DNA of 64,000 nucleotides from Eledone cirrhosa (Eukaryota): NCBI GenBank assembly GCA_964016885.1, contig OZ024741.1, positions 82,956,001 to 83,020,000 of the forward strand, read 5' to 3'. Shown piece by piece: positions 12,056 to 24,855 of this stretch (position 1 is its first letter; each line of letters starts with the position of its first letter). The notes under the pieces were generated by a model. It saw only the letters and a program-made list of their open reading frames with translations, ran no database searches and was not told where the DNA came from. The position numbers and the translations under genes were made by a program.

Positions 12056-12527
12056 TAAGTCAGTCGATTGAACGTTTGAAAGTATCAGCCGTACTAAGAG
12101 TGAGAAATGAAATTTCATTTTTTCCATTTATCGTTTTCAGTACGCCCGGCCGACTAACTCACTCGATATGCATAATGGAAGTATATACTTTTTAACGTTC
12201 AATCGACTGACAGGAAGGTATACGGTGCTGATGATAGCTAATAAGCTAGAAACTAGTTCATCGTTCCTGTGTCAGTGTTGAACAAAATGGTAACGATGGT
12301 TGCCGAATACTGTATGGCTAATAATTCGGGCTGTTTGTTTACAAACAAACCGAACATTATAATAAATGTTGGTAAACCCATACGTACATGTATATATGTG
12401 TGCATGTATGTATGTATATACATACTACTGTACGTCTGTATACATATATGTATATACGTATACATACTTGTATTTAAGTATCAACCGTACTAAGAGTGAG
12501 AAAGGAAATTTCATTTTTTTCCATTTA
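12056..12527 (+). mobile_element. Family E HHR-bearing element with terminal partial direct repeat
   Basis: CCGTACTAAGAGTGAGAAA.GAAATTTCATTTTTTCCATTTA at ~12089 and ~12485; related copies at 31445-31665 (-) and 58420-58990 (+); TA-flanked. Confidence 0.8.
12222..12264 (+). ncRNA. Minimal type I hammerhead ribozyme (family E)
   Basis: ACGGUG-CUGAUGA-UAGC UAAUAA GCUA-GAAAC UA GUU-CAUCGU; canonical core, palindromic helix III; helix I extends via ACAGGA/UCCUGU. Confidence 0.85.
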
Positions 12528-12539
12528 TATATATATATG

Positions 12540-12628
<89 letters not shown>

Positions 12629-13379
12629 GAAAAAGTGGAGAATAACATGGTCAACACTAAAAAAAGGGGATCTATTTACAGTCTAACAATTGTTTCACTG
12701 ATAGAGATTTCTAAAAATTGCTGAACACTAGAAGCAGTGCCACTCAATTTTAAATACGATGTTAGCTCTATCAGATCTTCAATTACATCATCAATACTAT
12801 TGTTAATAATAAAGATATAGAGAGAAAAGAAGGAAGAAAGGAAGATAGATACATTAAAGAAAGAAAGGAAAAGAAAAAGAGAAAGAGAAAAAGGAAGAAA
12901 AGGAGAAATTATTACAGAGAAAAAACATATAAAGAGAAGAAAATATATAGAAATTGAAGATAGACAGAGGAGAGACAAGCATAAGTAAAAATAACGTAGG
13001 ATAGAAAGAAGATTATAGGGAACAATAAATGAATAAAAGTTAATATATGAATAAATGTAAATAAAAATAAAAATAAATATATAAAAAATATATAAAAAAT
13101 TGATACATAAATAAATGAATAAATAAATAAAAAAAATTACATCTACCGTGATAAAAATGGTATAATATGTGAAAAATGAAAAATGAAAATAAATATGCAA
13201 AAGAAGTAAACATTTGCGAAGAATATTTAAACATATTAAATTACTGAGATCGGCTTATGAGAATTGTTAGAATATATGGAGAGATATGAAGCTAAAAATA
13301 TTATAATGTTAAATATATTTATGTGTGTATTGGTTATTTTAATAAATAAATTAATTAATTAGCTTTAAGTTATATTATA

Positions 13380-13555
13380 TGGGCAGTATCGGTAGAGAGT
13401 CGGACGCCATGCTTTCCAGCATTGTTACGTCCCTCTACGGTCTGAGTTCAAATCCCGCGCAGTTTCACTTTGCCTTTCATCCTTACGGGGTCGTAAAATA
13501 AAGTACCAGTAATGCACTGGGTAATTGATGGCCTTGTGCCAAAAGTAGAAACAGT
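13380..13555 (+). mobile_element. tRNA-derived SINE
   Basis: GGCAGTATCGGTAGAGAGTCGG...CTGAGTTCAAATCCCGC...GGGGTCGTAAAATAAAGTACCAG...GGCCTTGTGCCAAAAGTAGAAAC. Confidence 0.85.
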
Positions 13556-14245
13556 GATATGATAAAATAGAATGACAGAGATGAAATAAATTTAGGGAGA
13601 GACATATAGAGATAGAGAGTGAAAGAGAGAGATATATGAAATAAAAATGTAAATATAACAGGTTTTAATGTTGTTCTTTGATAGATGGTGAAAATTATAA
13701 TTATAGTCATAATCATAATAATGTGATATCATAATAGATCCAAGTGGTACAACCTTGGTTATGGAATAGATAAGATGGAATTAAGCTGGTCTAAAGTTCT
13801 CTAGTTTGGTTACCGATTTATGTCGACAAAAAATAGTTCTTTCAATTTTACTGTTACGAAGAATTTTTTAAATATATTTTTTATATATTTATTTTTATTT
13901 TTATTTACATTTATTCATATATTAACGTTTATTCATTTATTTTTCCTTATATTCTTCTTTCTATCCTACGTTAATTTTACTTATGCTTGTCTCTGATCTG
14001 TCTATCATCAATTTCTATATATGTTCTTCTCTTTATATGTTTTTTCTCTGTAATAATTTCTCCTTTTTATTCTTTTTTCTCTTTCTCTTTTTCTTTTTCC
14101 TTCTTCTTTTTTCTTTTTCCTTTCCTTTCTTTACTCTGTCTATCTTTCTTTCTTCCTTCTTTTCTCTATATATCTTTATTATTAATATTATTATTGATGA
14201 TGTAATTTGAATTTGTAAATTTGCCGGTTACATATATTTTCAGTA

Positions 14246-14353
14246 ACAGCTTCTGAAGATCTGATCGAGCTAACATCGTAAAATTGAGTGGCACTGCTTC
14301 TAGTGTTCAGCAATTTTTAGACATCTCTATCAGTGAAACAATTGTTAGACTGT
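14246..14353 (+). ncRNA. Hammerhead ribozyme candidate with long helix II (family F)
   Basis: ACAGCUU-CUGAAGA-UCUGAUCGAG...CUCUAUCAGU-GAAAC AAUU GUU-AGACUGU; palindromic helix III; helix I imperfect. Confidence 0.65.
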
Positions 14354-14571
14354 AAATAAATCCACTTTTTTTGTACTGTTGACCATGTTATTCTCCACTT
14401 TTTCAATTTTATTACTCCAAGGTAAACTTACATAGGAATAGAAGTGAAATCATAAACTCGTCATCTACGTAAACCTCTTGTTGAGTCAAACAACGCTGTA
14501 CGCTAAAACTATCCATAATAATAAGTATTCACAACCTCTAACTGGAATACCTATAACGATATTTTGTTATC

Positions 14572-14624
<53 letters not shown>

Positions 14625-14707
14625 ATATATATTTTCCTTATCGAGCCCTCTCTGGATTTAGTCTTCAATTTTATTATTATTACTATATATATATATATAT
14701 ATATATA

Positions 14708-14770
14708 GGAAAAGTGTCAGGGCCTCGACGGCTGAGCTGCCGCCGTTTCGACAGCTAGATCTGAACTAAC
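14708..14770 (-). mobile_element. Divergent relative of family A (HHR 3' half)
   Basis: Minus strand UAGCUGUC-GAAACGGC...GCCGUC-GAGGCCC next to (TA)n. Confidence 0.55.
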
Positions 14771-15360
14771 TGAGGGAGTGGTCAAAGATTTTGTATATAT
14801 ATATTCTTCACAATTGGTAACAATTGTTTTCCTATACAAAGCAAGCCAAAATCTGAATTCAATTGTACGTATGCATTTTGAAAAACTAGTCCATTTTATT
14901 TTATCTTTCTTCATTCTATAGAGAAAGAAAAAAGTGAGTGGAAGAGAGAGAGGGGATAGTAGTGATAATGAACGAAGGAAGAGAAACGATGGGAGGGAGA
15001 TAGATAAAAGAGATAAATGATAAGAAATAGGGGAGAGAGAAATCGAGGCAATGGGTGCAGAGTTAGAAGGAAAGAGGAAAAACAGAAGTGAATGATGCGT
15101 TTGATAAAATTGAGGGAAAGGGAAACAAAAAGAGAACGAGATGTAGACCAAATGACTCTACTGGTAAAGATGCAATGGGAGAGTAACTAAACTAATAGAG
15201 CAGGGCAAATGTCTTTTGTAGACCTAATTTCTTTTTATTTCTACTCACTCTTTAACTCTCCCCTTTCTGTATGGTATTACTCCCCTCACCTCCATCTCTT
15301 TTCTCATTGATACACTCGTTCTCATGTGTGTGTATATATATATAAATATATATATATATA

Positions 15361-15548
15361 GGAAACAGTATGACCTCGACGGCAGAGCTCAAGCCGTTTC
15401 GACGGCTATTTCTGGACTGAAATAGACGTCGACACGGCTTTAGCTCTGCCGTCGGGTTCATACTTTTTCCTATTCCCACTCTACTACCCTACGCATTGAG
15501 TACTCTGGTGCGTTATGGTCCATCTGGTTCCTTACCACAATTCCTTTG

Positions 15549-15551
<3 letters not shown>
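15361..15551. mobile_element. Family A fold-back copy (GCAGAGCTC subtype)
   Basis: GACGGCAGAGCTCAAGCCGTTTCGACGGCTATTTCTGGACT followed by an inverted longer arm; TA on both sides. Confidence 0.8.
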
Positions 15552-15594
<43 letters not shown>

Positions 15595-15905
15595 TGAATA
15601 ATAACAGGTAGACATCATAAAAAGTTTGTAAGCACACGGTATAAATTACCTTTTTATGATGTCTACCTGTTATTATTCATTCTTTATATACACTCCAGAA
15701 TACAGAAGAATCAGGAACTAAGTTTCTTCAACAATTCTTCCATAACTCGTAGAGTAACCTCTCACGTACGTCAACTATATCCAGTGTAGTAATTAACCAT
15801 TACTACATCTTGGACAATCCTATACCTAATATATATATATATATAAATTAATAAAAACAATGAAATAAACACAAGGAACAAGCTCTTTATATTAAAAAAT
15901 TCATC

Positions 15906-15971
<66 letters not shown>

Positions 15972-15973
<2 letters not shown>

Positions 15974-16113
15974 CGAAGGAAATGTGGTAAGGAACCAGGT
16001 GGACCATAACGCACCAAAGTACTCAATACTTGGGGTAGTAGAGTGGGTTATAGGAACCAGTAAGACCCCGACGGCTGAGCTCAAGCCGTTTCGACGGCTA
16101 ATTCTTACTGGTT

Positions 16114-16115
<2 letters not shown>
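15972..16115 (-). mobile_element. Family A copy with very short inverted tail
   Basis: Body as in 11779 copy to GGCTAATT, then CTTACTGGTTCC(TA)n. Confidence 0.8.
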
Positions 16116-16177
<62 letters not shown>

Positions 16178-16180
<3 letters not shown>

Positions 16181-16430
16181 AAAAAAGATGAAATCGAAAA
16201 TGCAACTGGAGTCTTTTTTTTTTTTTTTTTAATATAGTTATTTGGTTCCTTTACCGGTTTCACAGTTCTTGTGCTTTTCAAAAGTAGAATTAAGATGGAG
16301 GGTTTGTGGTTTTTCTCGCATATGGTTGGTGATAGAATGTTACTTCTGTTTCATATGGAAAAAAGTGGCTCGCAATGCTAGGTTTTTAGAAAAGTTATAT
16401 GGTTGGTTGATGACTGTCATGTGAATTAGT
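16178..16430 (-). mobile_element. Family B (PLE 3' terminal repeat) fragment with HHR motif at ~16246-16289
   Basis: Reverse complement of 18640-18890 and 31120-31360. Confidence 0.8.
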
Positions 16431-16899
16431 ATATATGTATTTCTAACTATAATTTCAACCTTATTACCAATTTAAATTTACATTGTGAAACCATAATGCA
16501 TAGAACCTACAATTTAGTTTATATCATCTTCGCGGGTGATGGTTAATTTTATTGTCCAAGCATAATTTAGGGGTAGTATTGAAACTTATTGAAACTTATA
16601 CTCGCTCCTACCACATAATTTGGTTCAGCTGCCACTAGACGTGCGTCTGGCGGTAAGCTACAACTTAGTGGCAGGAATGAACACTGTGTCCGTGTCACCT
16701 TACCAACCTGGCTGGGGGAGATTGGTTGTCTTTTTTTTTGGTGGGGGAATCTGTCCGGAATAGTTTTGTTGTGCTCTGGGGTAGGTTGTCAGCTGGTCAA
16801 CTTCCTTGACATTTGCTCCTGCAAGGGAACGGGCGAAGGCTTCAAGAATATCACCTTTGTCCGTTCCCTTATCGTTTCAATTTGGATTGCCTCCGGAAC

Positions 16900-17990
16900 T
16901 TAACCTTTTTATGTAAGATGCTGTCTGATGAGATCATTGCACTGGGTGCGCGGAATCGATTCGACACTGTCGTCATTGAAATATATATCACGGCCCCATC
17001 AATAAAGGTCCTTAATAGCTTAAAATACTTTACGTTGTCTTATTCTAAATATACTCCGTCATTCCTACGTGGAATAAGTACGTTAAGTGCTTGAAGTGAA
17101 CTTCATCAATTTTACCGTACCGCAGGAACATACGGAGGGAAGATCTCGTCACCCACTTGGCCCACTCTGGGACCTCTCTACGGAGATAATTCTCTAGGAA
17201 ACCTGACAAATCGGTTGACGCGTGTTCCCTCAGCAACTTCCGATACGTGAGACGAACTGTAGCTTTCGCACATACGTCGTGTATAAGATCGAATGCGGCA
17301 AGTGTAACGAATTCTACAGCAGCAGCACCACTTGGCCACTACACGTTCAGATTAAGGAACACATCAACACTAGGGACTCGTCTTTCCAGAATCACATAAT
17401 CAAATGGGGAAACAGAGAGGGAGGGGCCATTGTCACAGTTTTAGCGACGGAACGCAAGGCCGTCATTTAAGGACCAATGAGGCACTCTGGATCAAATGTC
17501 TCGGACCAAAACTCAATAATCGCTCCGAGAGAAGTGAGACGAAATGGCCTGTCTAAATAAATGGAACAATAACAACACAACACACACACACACAGTGACA
17601 ATCGACGATTATTATTGTGTGTATACCGTGTTTACCACACACCCACATACAACAGACAGACAATCTACTATCACCGTACCTGCCACTGACCCCACTGATA
17701 CTGACAGAACGCAAAGATTTGACAGTGATGATACGTACGCACTGACCCACCACTACTCTAGTATAGAAGAGCTGCTTCGAACTTTATCTGACCGCAACAA
17801 ATCCGCGCGCAGACGTGCCTGATAGAGTATTTCAGTTGTACGCACACAGCAAACAACGAAGGCCACGTGTTGTCCTAATCCCGACACAACTTATTTCCCC
17901 TCGGAAAACCCCCAGTTGATGCATGTGAAATCCGAGATATAGGGACTATTATATTCACTTCCTAGGTAACTCTATATCTTGTTATTGTTT
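16900..17990 (+). mobile_element. Decayed Penelope-like element 3' part (GIY-YIG remnant)
   Basis: YVVYKIECGKCNEFY..STT.PLHVQIKEH and downstream EALWIKCLGPKLNNR match PLE GIY-YIG motifs; boundaries approximate. Confidence 0.65.
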
Positions 17991-18158
17991 GTTACACTTT
18001 TCCTACGTTCTTCTACGCTCTCTACGTCTCTTTCTACGCTTTCTCTTACATCTCCCTCTTATTACCACCTGATTCTGTTACCCAGCTGCATTGTTGAGGC
18101 TTCCAAAACGACTATTTTTATTATTCCACAATGCTTCAAACAAGCTTCAAGACTCTCA

Positions 18159-18189
<31 letters not shown>

Positions 18190-18254
18190 TTTTAAGTAAA
18201 AAGAAATTCACACACACACACAGACACACACACACACACACGCACACACACACA

Positions 18255-18948
18255 AGCACACAAATAAACATACATATCTTTACTTTCTTTATTCAATAGA
18301 AAATCTGAATTCTGACACCCCAGCGAAATCACCATATTCAATGAACCAGAACAATTCTCCCATCCCATTTCACTTGACCATTATCTTTTACTTATCATGA
18401 AATTTTCTAAAAGAGCTACAGAATGTATTTCCAAATAAGGGCACGAACATTTAATGAAAACGTGTTCACGTGACAGCCATAATTTCATTTATAACCAATC
18501 AAATTGCGCTTCTTAAAAAAAAGCCTTCCTGAGCCCCTTTTTCCAAGTAAAAAGAAATTCAAACACTCTTATGTGAAATAACAACCCGTGCCACTCCCCC
18601 CCCCTTGTTTGAAGAACTTTGTAACGCGAACTGGCGCGAAATTTATTATAATTATTGACCAACCAATCAAATTAGTTCTCGAAAAACCTGGCATTTCGAG
18701 CCACTTTTTCCATATAAAATAAGTAACATTCAGAGACCAACCAGATGTGAGATAAACCACAGATCCTCCATCTCAACTCTACTTTTGAAAAGCAGAAGAA
18801 GCGCGAAACCGGTAAAGGAATCAAATAAATATATATATATATTTTTTAAATAAGACGCCAGTTGCATTTTCGATTTCATCTTTTTTTCTTTATACTTTCA
18901 CTCGGGTAGGACACCTCGGTTATTTTTCATTTTGTAAAAAACCCTCCC

Positions 18949-18955
<7 letters not shown>
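18255..18955 (+). mobile_element. Family B solo PLE 3' terminal repeat
   Basis: Collinear with 30690-31430 and 37385-37975, which directly follow PLE GIY-YIG remnants; ends in (TA)n. Confidence 0.8.
18778..18820 (+). ncRNA. Minimal HHR candidate, U3:A8 core variant (family B)
   Basis: UCUACUU-UUGAAAA-GC AGAAGAAGC GC-GAAAC CG GUA-AAGGAA; same layout in 4 copies (16246-, 18778+, 31260+, 37880+). Confidence 0.65.
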
Positions 18956-18990
<35 letters not shown>

Positions 18991-19365
18991 CGTAAAATAA
19001 GAAAATTTTAAAAAGTTTTTAAAAAATTAACTTACTTACTAAAATTTTCACTCCAACTAATTAGTTTCTGCAATAGGATAAAGACAGTTACGTAATCCAA
19101 CTGTCGAGAATTCATTGCGTCATCATGGAGTCTATTCTCAGCTAAGTCTCCAGGCAATGCGCGGACACTGGGGACTCATATAAAAATAATAATAATTCGG
19201 TAGATGGAACAGCTAGCGGGGACTGGATACCATGTACTGAAAAGCTCGCTGCCTCTGGTCAAATGGCAGATTCTAAAGAATCAATCACGTGACACTGAGG
19301 CTAGTCGGTAGGAGTGGGATGGTAAGATGACAGAAGGCATTGCCTGGAGACTTAGCTGAGAATAG

Positions 19366-19447
19366 ACTCCCTGAAGACGCAATGAATTCTCGACAGTTGG
19401 ATTACGTAACTGTCTTTATCCCATTGCAGAAACTAATTAGTTGGAGT
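19366..19447 (+). ncRNA. Hammerhead ribozyme (family C, copy 1)
   Basis: ACUCC-CUGAAGA-CGCAAUG...GACAGUU/AACUGUC...CAUUGCA-GAAAC UAAUUA GUU-GGAGU. Confidence 0.8.
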
Positions 19448-19910
19448 GAACATTTTAGTAAGTAAGTTAATTTTTTTAAATTTTTTTGAAATTTTCTTAT
19501 TTTACGTCTTTTATATTATTGTTCTGCATCCTCCTGCATCGAACCACCTAGGTACTATGACATAACCTGTGTATTTGCTAGAATTAGCGTACATCTGTAC
19601 GCATATGTTAGTAGATATACTAAATTCTCTATATTTATCTCCAAATCACTTATTTGTCGAGCAAACCTGCCAAAACCACTACTAATTTATTGGTGTGATA
19701 GTAGGCTTCTGTCATCTTACCATCCCACTCCTACCGACTAGCCTCAGTGTCACGTGATTGATTCTTTAGAATCTGCCATTTGACCAGAGGCAGCGAGCTT
19801 TTCAGTACATGGTATCCAGTCCCCGCTAGCTGTTCCATCTACCGAATTATTATTATTTTTATATGACTCCCCAGTGTCCGCGCATTGCCTGGAGACTTAG
19901 CTGAGAATAG

Positions 19911-19992
19911 ACTCCCTGATGACGCAATGAATTCTCGACAGTTGGATTACGTAACTGTCTTTATCCCATTGCAGAAACTAATTAGTTGGAGT
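19911..19992 (+). ncRNA. Hammerhead ribozyme (family C, copy 2)
   Basis: Same fold with CUGAUGA core, 545 bp downstream of copy 1. Confidence 0.8.
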
Positions 19993-20166
19993 GAAAATTT
20001 TAGTAAGTAAGTTAATTTTTAAAACATTTTTAAAATTTTCTTATTTTACGTCTTTTATATTATTGTTCTGCATCCTCCTGCATCGAACCACCTAGGTACT
20101 ATGACATAACCTGTGTATTTGCTAGTATTAGCGTACATCTGTACGCATATGTTAGTAGATATACTA

Positions 20167-20243
<77 letters not shown>

Positions 20244-20689
20244 GGGCGGTTGTGTCTCTGTGTATATAAAATATACATAGATTATGCATAATTTATTACA
20301 GTCAGGTAGTTGTGGTACAAAAGATGTAGAAAACTTCATCGTCTCTTCATTTTACCACTGGCAAAATCAAGAGAGTATATGTAGTTGTCAGATAAATTCG
20401 TTCACATTTTTTTCTAATGTTATTTGAATTAACATAACAAATAGTTTTGAAGTTATGTTTAATAGTTTATTGGAAAAATAAATATATAAATAAACATTCA
20501 TTTAACAGACAAATACATTCTGAAAGCCCGATATATTCTACATTTCGAAAACTAACTTCACCTATACATTCAGGTAAGCAGTTTCATTTCAACAATACTG
20601 AGTGAACTTTGAATATATTTTATAATTGATTCTGTTTCGGTGGAAATGTGGTGTGTAATATCACTTCAAATGAATTGGATACGTAGCAG

Positions 20690-22900
20690 ATCAGTATAAG
20701 GAAGGTCATCTGGAGAGATGATGAGAATGAAAGCAATTCAATAGGAAGGGAATGAAGAAGCTTGACAGGCCCGCCTGGCTGCTAACAGGATCCAAACATA
20801 TTTAGCACAAACCCGGGAATTCGTAGTGGACAGGCTGTAGCATTTGGGTGATAAAAGACAGAGACCTGCTGCTACACATGATCAGATGTAACTTTGATAA
20901 AATGGTGCTCAAATACACCGTTCTACTGTCCGAACACAAGCAACAAAAAATACTAATTGGTCATTGTGTTATTTTCCATGTGATCCCAAGATGACTACAG
21001 CACAAATTCAAATTTCAACATTGAGAAAATGAACAAATGCTGCCAGCATTGTGGTACAAACAAATGTACAGCAGAAACACTACGCCTATGCTGTTCAAAA
21101 GGCGAATTTGACCTTAATACAATACAATGTGCTTCTTCAGGATACACCAGAGGCACGGCACTTCAATACACCCAAAAATACTATTCTGCCTTTCAAATGA
21201 TATATTTTGAAGATGATAGGAATGTGAGAGACATTCAGTTCCTCGCAGTTCTACATAGTCATGACGTAACAAAAAATGCTTCACCAACATCACATGAACG
21301 TGAGTATATTCAAATATACACTGGAGCACATGAACAACACCAGAGATCGCCAAGTCATCATCAGCGGAAACAAACACTCAGCTTTAGAACATCAAACGCA
21401 GACTCAGTACACCTGTCACTGAGGAAATTGCAATCATAATAGCTAACGAACAACACCAACAACGTAATATTGCGTTGCTAAAACACAGTGGCCATTTGGA
21501 GTGAATATGTGAAACTCAGAGTGCCACCCACTTCAATATCCACACATCGTCTAAAAGCTGGATATCATTATCAGCTACTGCTGAATAACCCAGGGATAGC
21601 ACTAAAACCTGGACGATCAAGCAGCTGCAAAAATTCTATGCTATTAATTACACGGTACTGGATTATTACAACAAAGTTCTGCGATTCAAAGAAGTAACCA
21701 ACTAGTTCATAGTGAATACATGTGTCAACATTGAAACAGAAAGATTGGTTTCCTGTGAAGGAATCAAAATAATTTGAGGTTGCCAATTTGAACTACAGCC
21801 ACCAGAGAGTTAGTTATTCATCAACTCTGATAGTGACCCAAGAAATATTGGCCAGCCAGCTATACTGTCAAGCTTCACGGGAGTACCACGTTATATATAT
21901 GAATATACGCAAGATGCAATGTTTAGGATAAAGGCGCGTTGAGCCACAAACGAACAGTTGAAGCCTAGGACCGGATTATAAAGGATATGAGAGACATTAT
22001 TTGCATAATTTGAGTTCTGATATAATTTTTAAAATTTGATGTTTTGAAGAATCCGAGCTGATAAAGTCAATGCCTGTCTGAAAACATCCTATCAATAAAA
22101 CACTTTCAGAGACTGAGCCTCACAACCAATATGCGACTGCACCTGCCTGGTGATGAAGGTCTCAGTGTATTTCCCATCCAGCTGCTTAAATTGGGAAATA
22201 TGTTTCTCGAAAGAGACTCTAATAACCAGATATAGTTGCATTTGGCCATGCCATTGAGAGGTAACCAAACCTGATTGCCATTGTTTTTCCAAACATTCAA
22301 ATCAGTCAATGTGATGGGAAATGGCTCTCTATACGAGGAACCGTAGTACTTAAAAATGTAACTGTGAAAGTAATTAACAGAAACCTACTGGACATGTTAA
22401 TGGAAGAGGAAAAGTGCTACGAATCAGTAGACAGGGTGTAAATTACCCAACTGAAATTTTGAATAGCCTTGAACTGGCAGGAATTCTTCCACACAACCTC
22501 ATACTGAAGCTTGGAGCATCGGCTGTGATACTTCGTTATCTAGATCCTCTAACACATTTCAGTGGCATTAAAATGATGATGCCCAATCTCCTAAAAGTCG
22601 CAAACTTGTCAGGGATATTTGCTCATGACAATTGTTTCATTATCAAAATTCCTCTGAAGCCAACTGATTTGACAATTGAATTTCACATGCTTCCATTCCT
22701 TATCGGATACAGTTTTGCTATGACCATCAATAAATCTCATGAAACTCATTGGGTTGAACGTGATAAATCCTGTGATTTTTCATGGCCAGCTTTATGTTGG
22801 TATAATCAGGGACGGAAACCCAGATTTCTCTTCATTGAAGTACCAAAGGGCAAAACCAAGAATTTTTTTATCCAGGGGCTTTGGATTGGAAACGGATATA
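20690..22900 (+). mobile_element. Decayed, internally deleted Helitron (Rep-helicase remnants)
   Basis: N-terminal C..C...ET..LCCSKG and Y.SAFQM motifs; C-terminal PIF1-type EILNSLELAGILPHNLILKLGA..ILRYLDP and FAMTINKS; boundaries approximate. Confidence 0.8.
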
Positions 22901-23726
22901 AACAAGACAATATCGTAATTCCTACTTCAGTGACAATAAACTTAGATCCTAATTCTTTAGAAATATAGTTCCAAACTTTATGTATAGTGTTAATTTGGAG
23001 GAATACTCAGGCATCCCGGAGCACATCTCCTACATAAAAATTACCCAAATCGCCCTCACACACAGACACATACACACACATACATACTTATACTCTTACA
23101 TGTGTGTGTGTGTGTGTGGGTGTGTAGGTGTGTGTGTGTGTGTATCGCATAGTAGTGACTATAAATGTTTGTACACCTGTTAGAATTAGAACACTAATAT
23201 CCCTCAAACACGAGCCTACTACCTTAGAAATAAAGGTGGGTGGAAGCTAGAGTGTAAATTTGGAAATACATTTTATTGAATTACAGAAAGGAATATGTAA
23301 AGGCTTCACAATAATTTATTCATGCGCCAATACAAATATTATTTTATTTTATTTATGTTTTTCAAAAAGCCTTAAGATACTTTGTTTTAAAATTCGGGGA
23401 TACTAACTGTGGAAACATAAGAAGCTATAGAAAGATTTATTTTTTGGTCATGCGAATTTCTCTGACAACATACCTAGTGATTCATCTATCGGTGAAGCAT
23501 TATATAAACTGACTGTAAAAGGGAGTAGCATTCAAAAGAACACCACTGGATAAAACTAATAATATTTTTATCTACATGATTTGATTTGAAAAATTGACAA
23601 TGAAATATTTGCTAAAATTCCTAGTTTAGTTTATAATTCCTGCTTTACCTTTCCATTTAGTTTCCTTACTTCTATATAAAAATATATTTTTTTCAGGTTT
23701 CAAAAGTTGGTATTAAATCCTGAAGA

Positions 23727-23882
23727 ATGAAGCATGTATATCTAGCAATGTTGTTGATTCTAACAGTAACTCTATCTTTAATTGGTCAAATATATTGCTG
23801 GTCAATTTGTTGGATTATGTGCCATGATATATTATTTTCAAAAAATACCTGGCCCTTGCCGAGGTATATCTGTAAGTTCTGA
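23727..23882 (+). CDS. Candidate small secreted peptide or first coding exon (51 aa)
   Basis: MKHVYLAMLLILTVTLSLIGQIYCWSICWIMCHDILFSKNTWPLPRYICKF; acceptor TTTTTTTCAG at 23696; possible donor GTAAGT at 23872; no homology recognised. Confidence 0.3.
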   Translation: MKHVYLAMLLILTVTLSLIGQIYCWSICWIMCHDILFSKNTWPLPRYICKF

Positions 23883-24724
23883 AAGCACAATGTGCTACAG
23901 ATTATCTAGTTCGAAATGTTATGATTTGATTGGAACACAATGGTAAGTAAGCCACGCGTCTTCTTATATTTATACATACATACAAACAAACGCACACACA
24001 CATATATATATATATATATATACACATATATATGTATATATATATATGTACATCCACACATGCATACATACATATATATTATACATACATATATACATAA
24101 GCATATGTGGTGTTGTGGAAGGAGGAAGAGCACTCGAAAGTTACACAACTAAAGCATATTTATACAATTTTATGCGTTTGATTCCTTTGAACTTTTTCCC
24201 ATAAAAATATCTATGATAGCTTGGAGCCAAATATGTAAGCGAATAGTTGTTCCATCAATGCTGCAGCATATAAACGTGTGTTTACATTTGGGAGTCAGAT
24301 ATCAACTTCTAATTATTCATTTATTCATTCATTGATTTAGTCATATATTTATGTTTTATGTATTTATATATTATCGTTTTATTTTGATTTTATTTTCCAT
24401 GCTTCTATATCAAAATGGATTTTTCTTATTTGGTCTTTCAAAGAATTGATATTAATTGCTTGAAGAATGAAGCATGTAGATCTAACAATATTGTTGATTC
24501 TAAAGAAATATTTTCCCAGAAAATAGTAGAAAATGGCATAATAATTTTATTTCATATCGTATTTGTTTTGTTTTAGTTCTTGTTCTCCTTATTAATATAA
24601 TTCTTTTTTCTGTTTTTATTTTTATGTTCATACATAAGTAATTACATAGAAAATTTTGAAATATTTTGATTTTTCAAAATATTTACTAAGTTCGATTTCG
24701 CGTACACACAAACATTCACTCAAA

Positions 24725-24855
<131 letters not shown>

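Larger units (their letters stand above)
12621..14412. repeat. Family F long inverted repeat (arms ~12621-13098 and ~13863-14412)
   Basis: ATAAAATTGAAAAAGTGGAGAATAACATGGTCAAC... is the reverse complement of ...GTTGACCATGTTATTCTCCACTTTTTCAATTTTAT over roughly 480 bp. Confidence 0.9.
18984..20172 (+). mobile_element. Family C retrozyme-like element: inverted segment (18984-19336) plus ~1.5 tandem copies of a 545 bp unit
   Basis: 19337-19630 repeats at 19882-20172; 18984-19336 is the reverse complement of ~19706-20058; microsatellites on both sides; no ORF. Confidence 0.9.

Noticed and set aside
12676-13200. 174 aa hydrophobic membrane-like ORF
   Set aside because: Arises from low-complexity T-rich sequence in the family F inverted-repeat arm.
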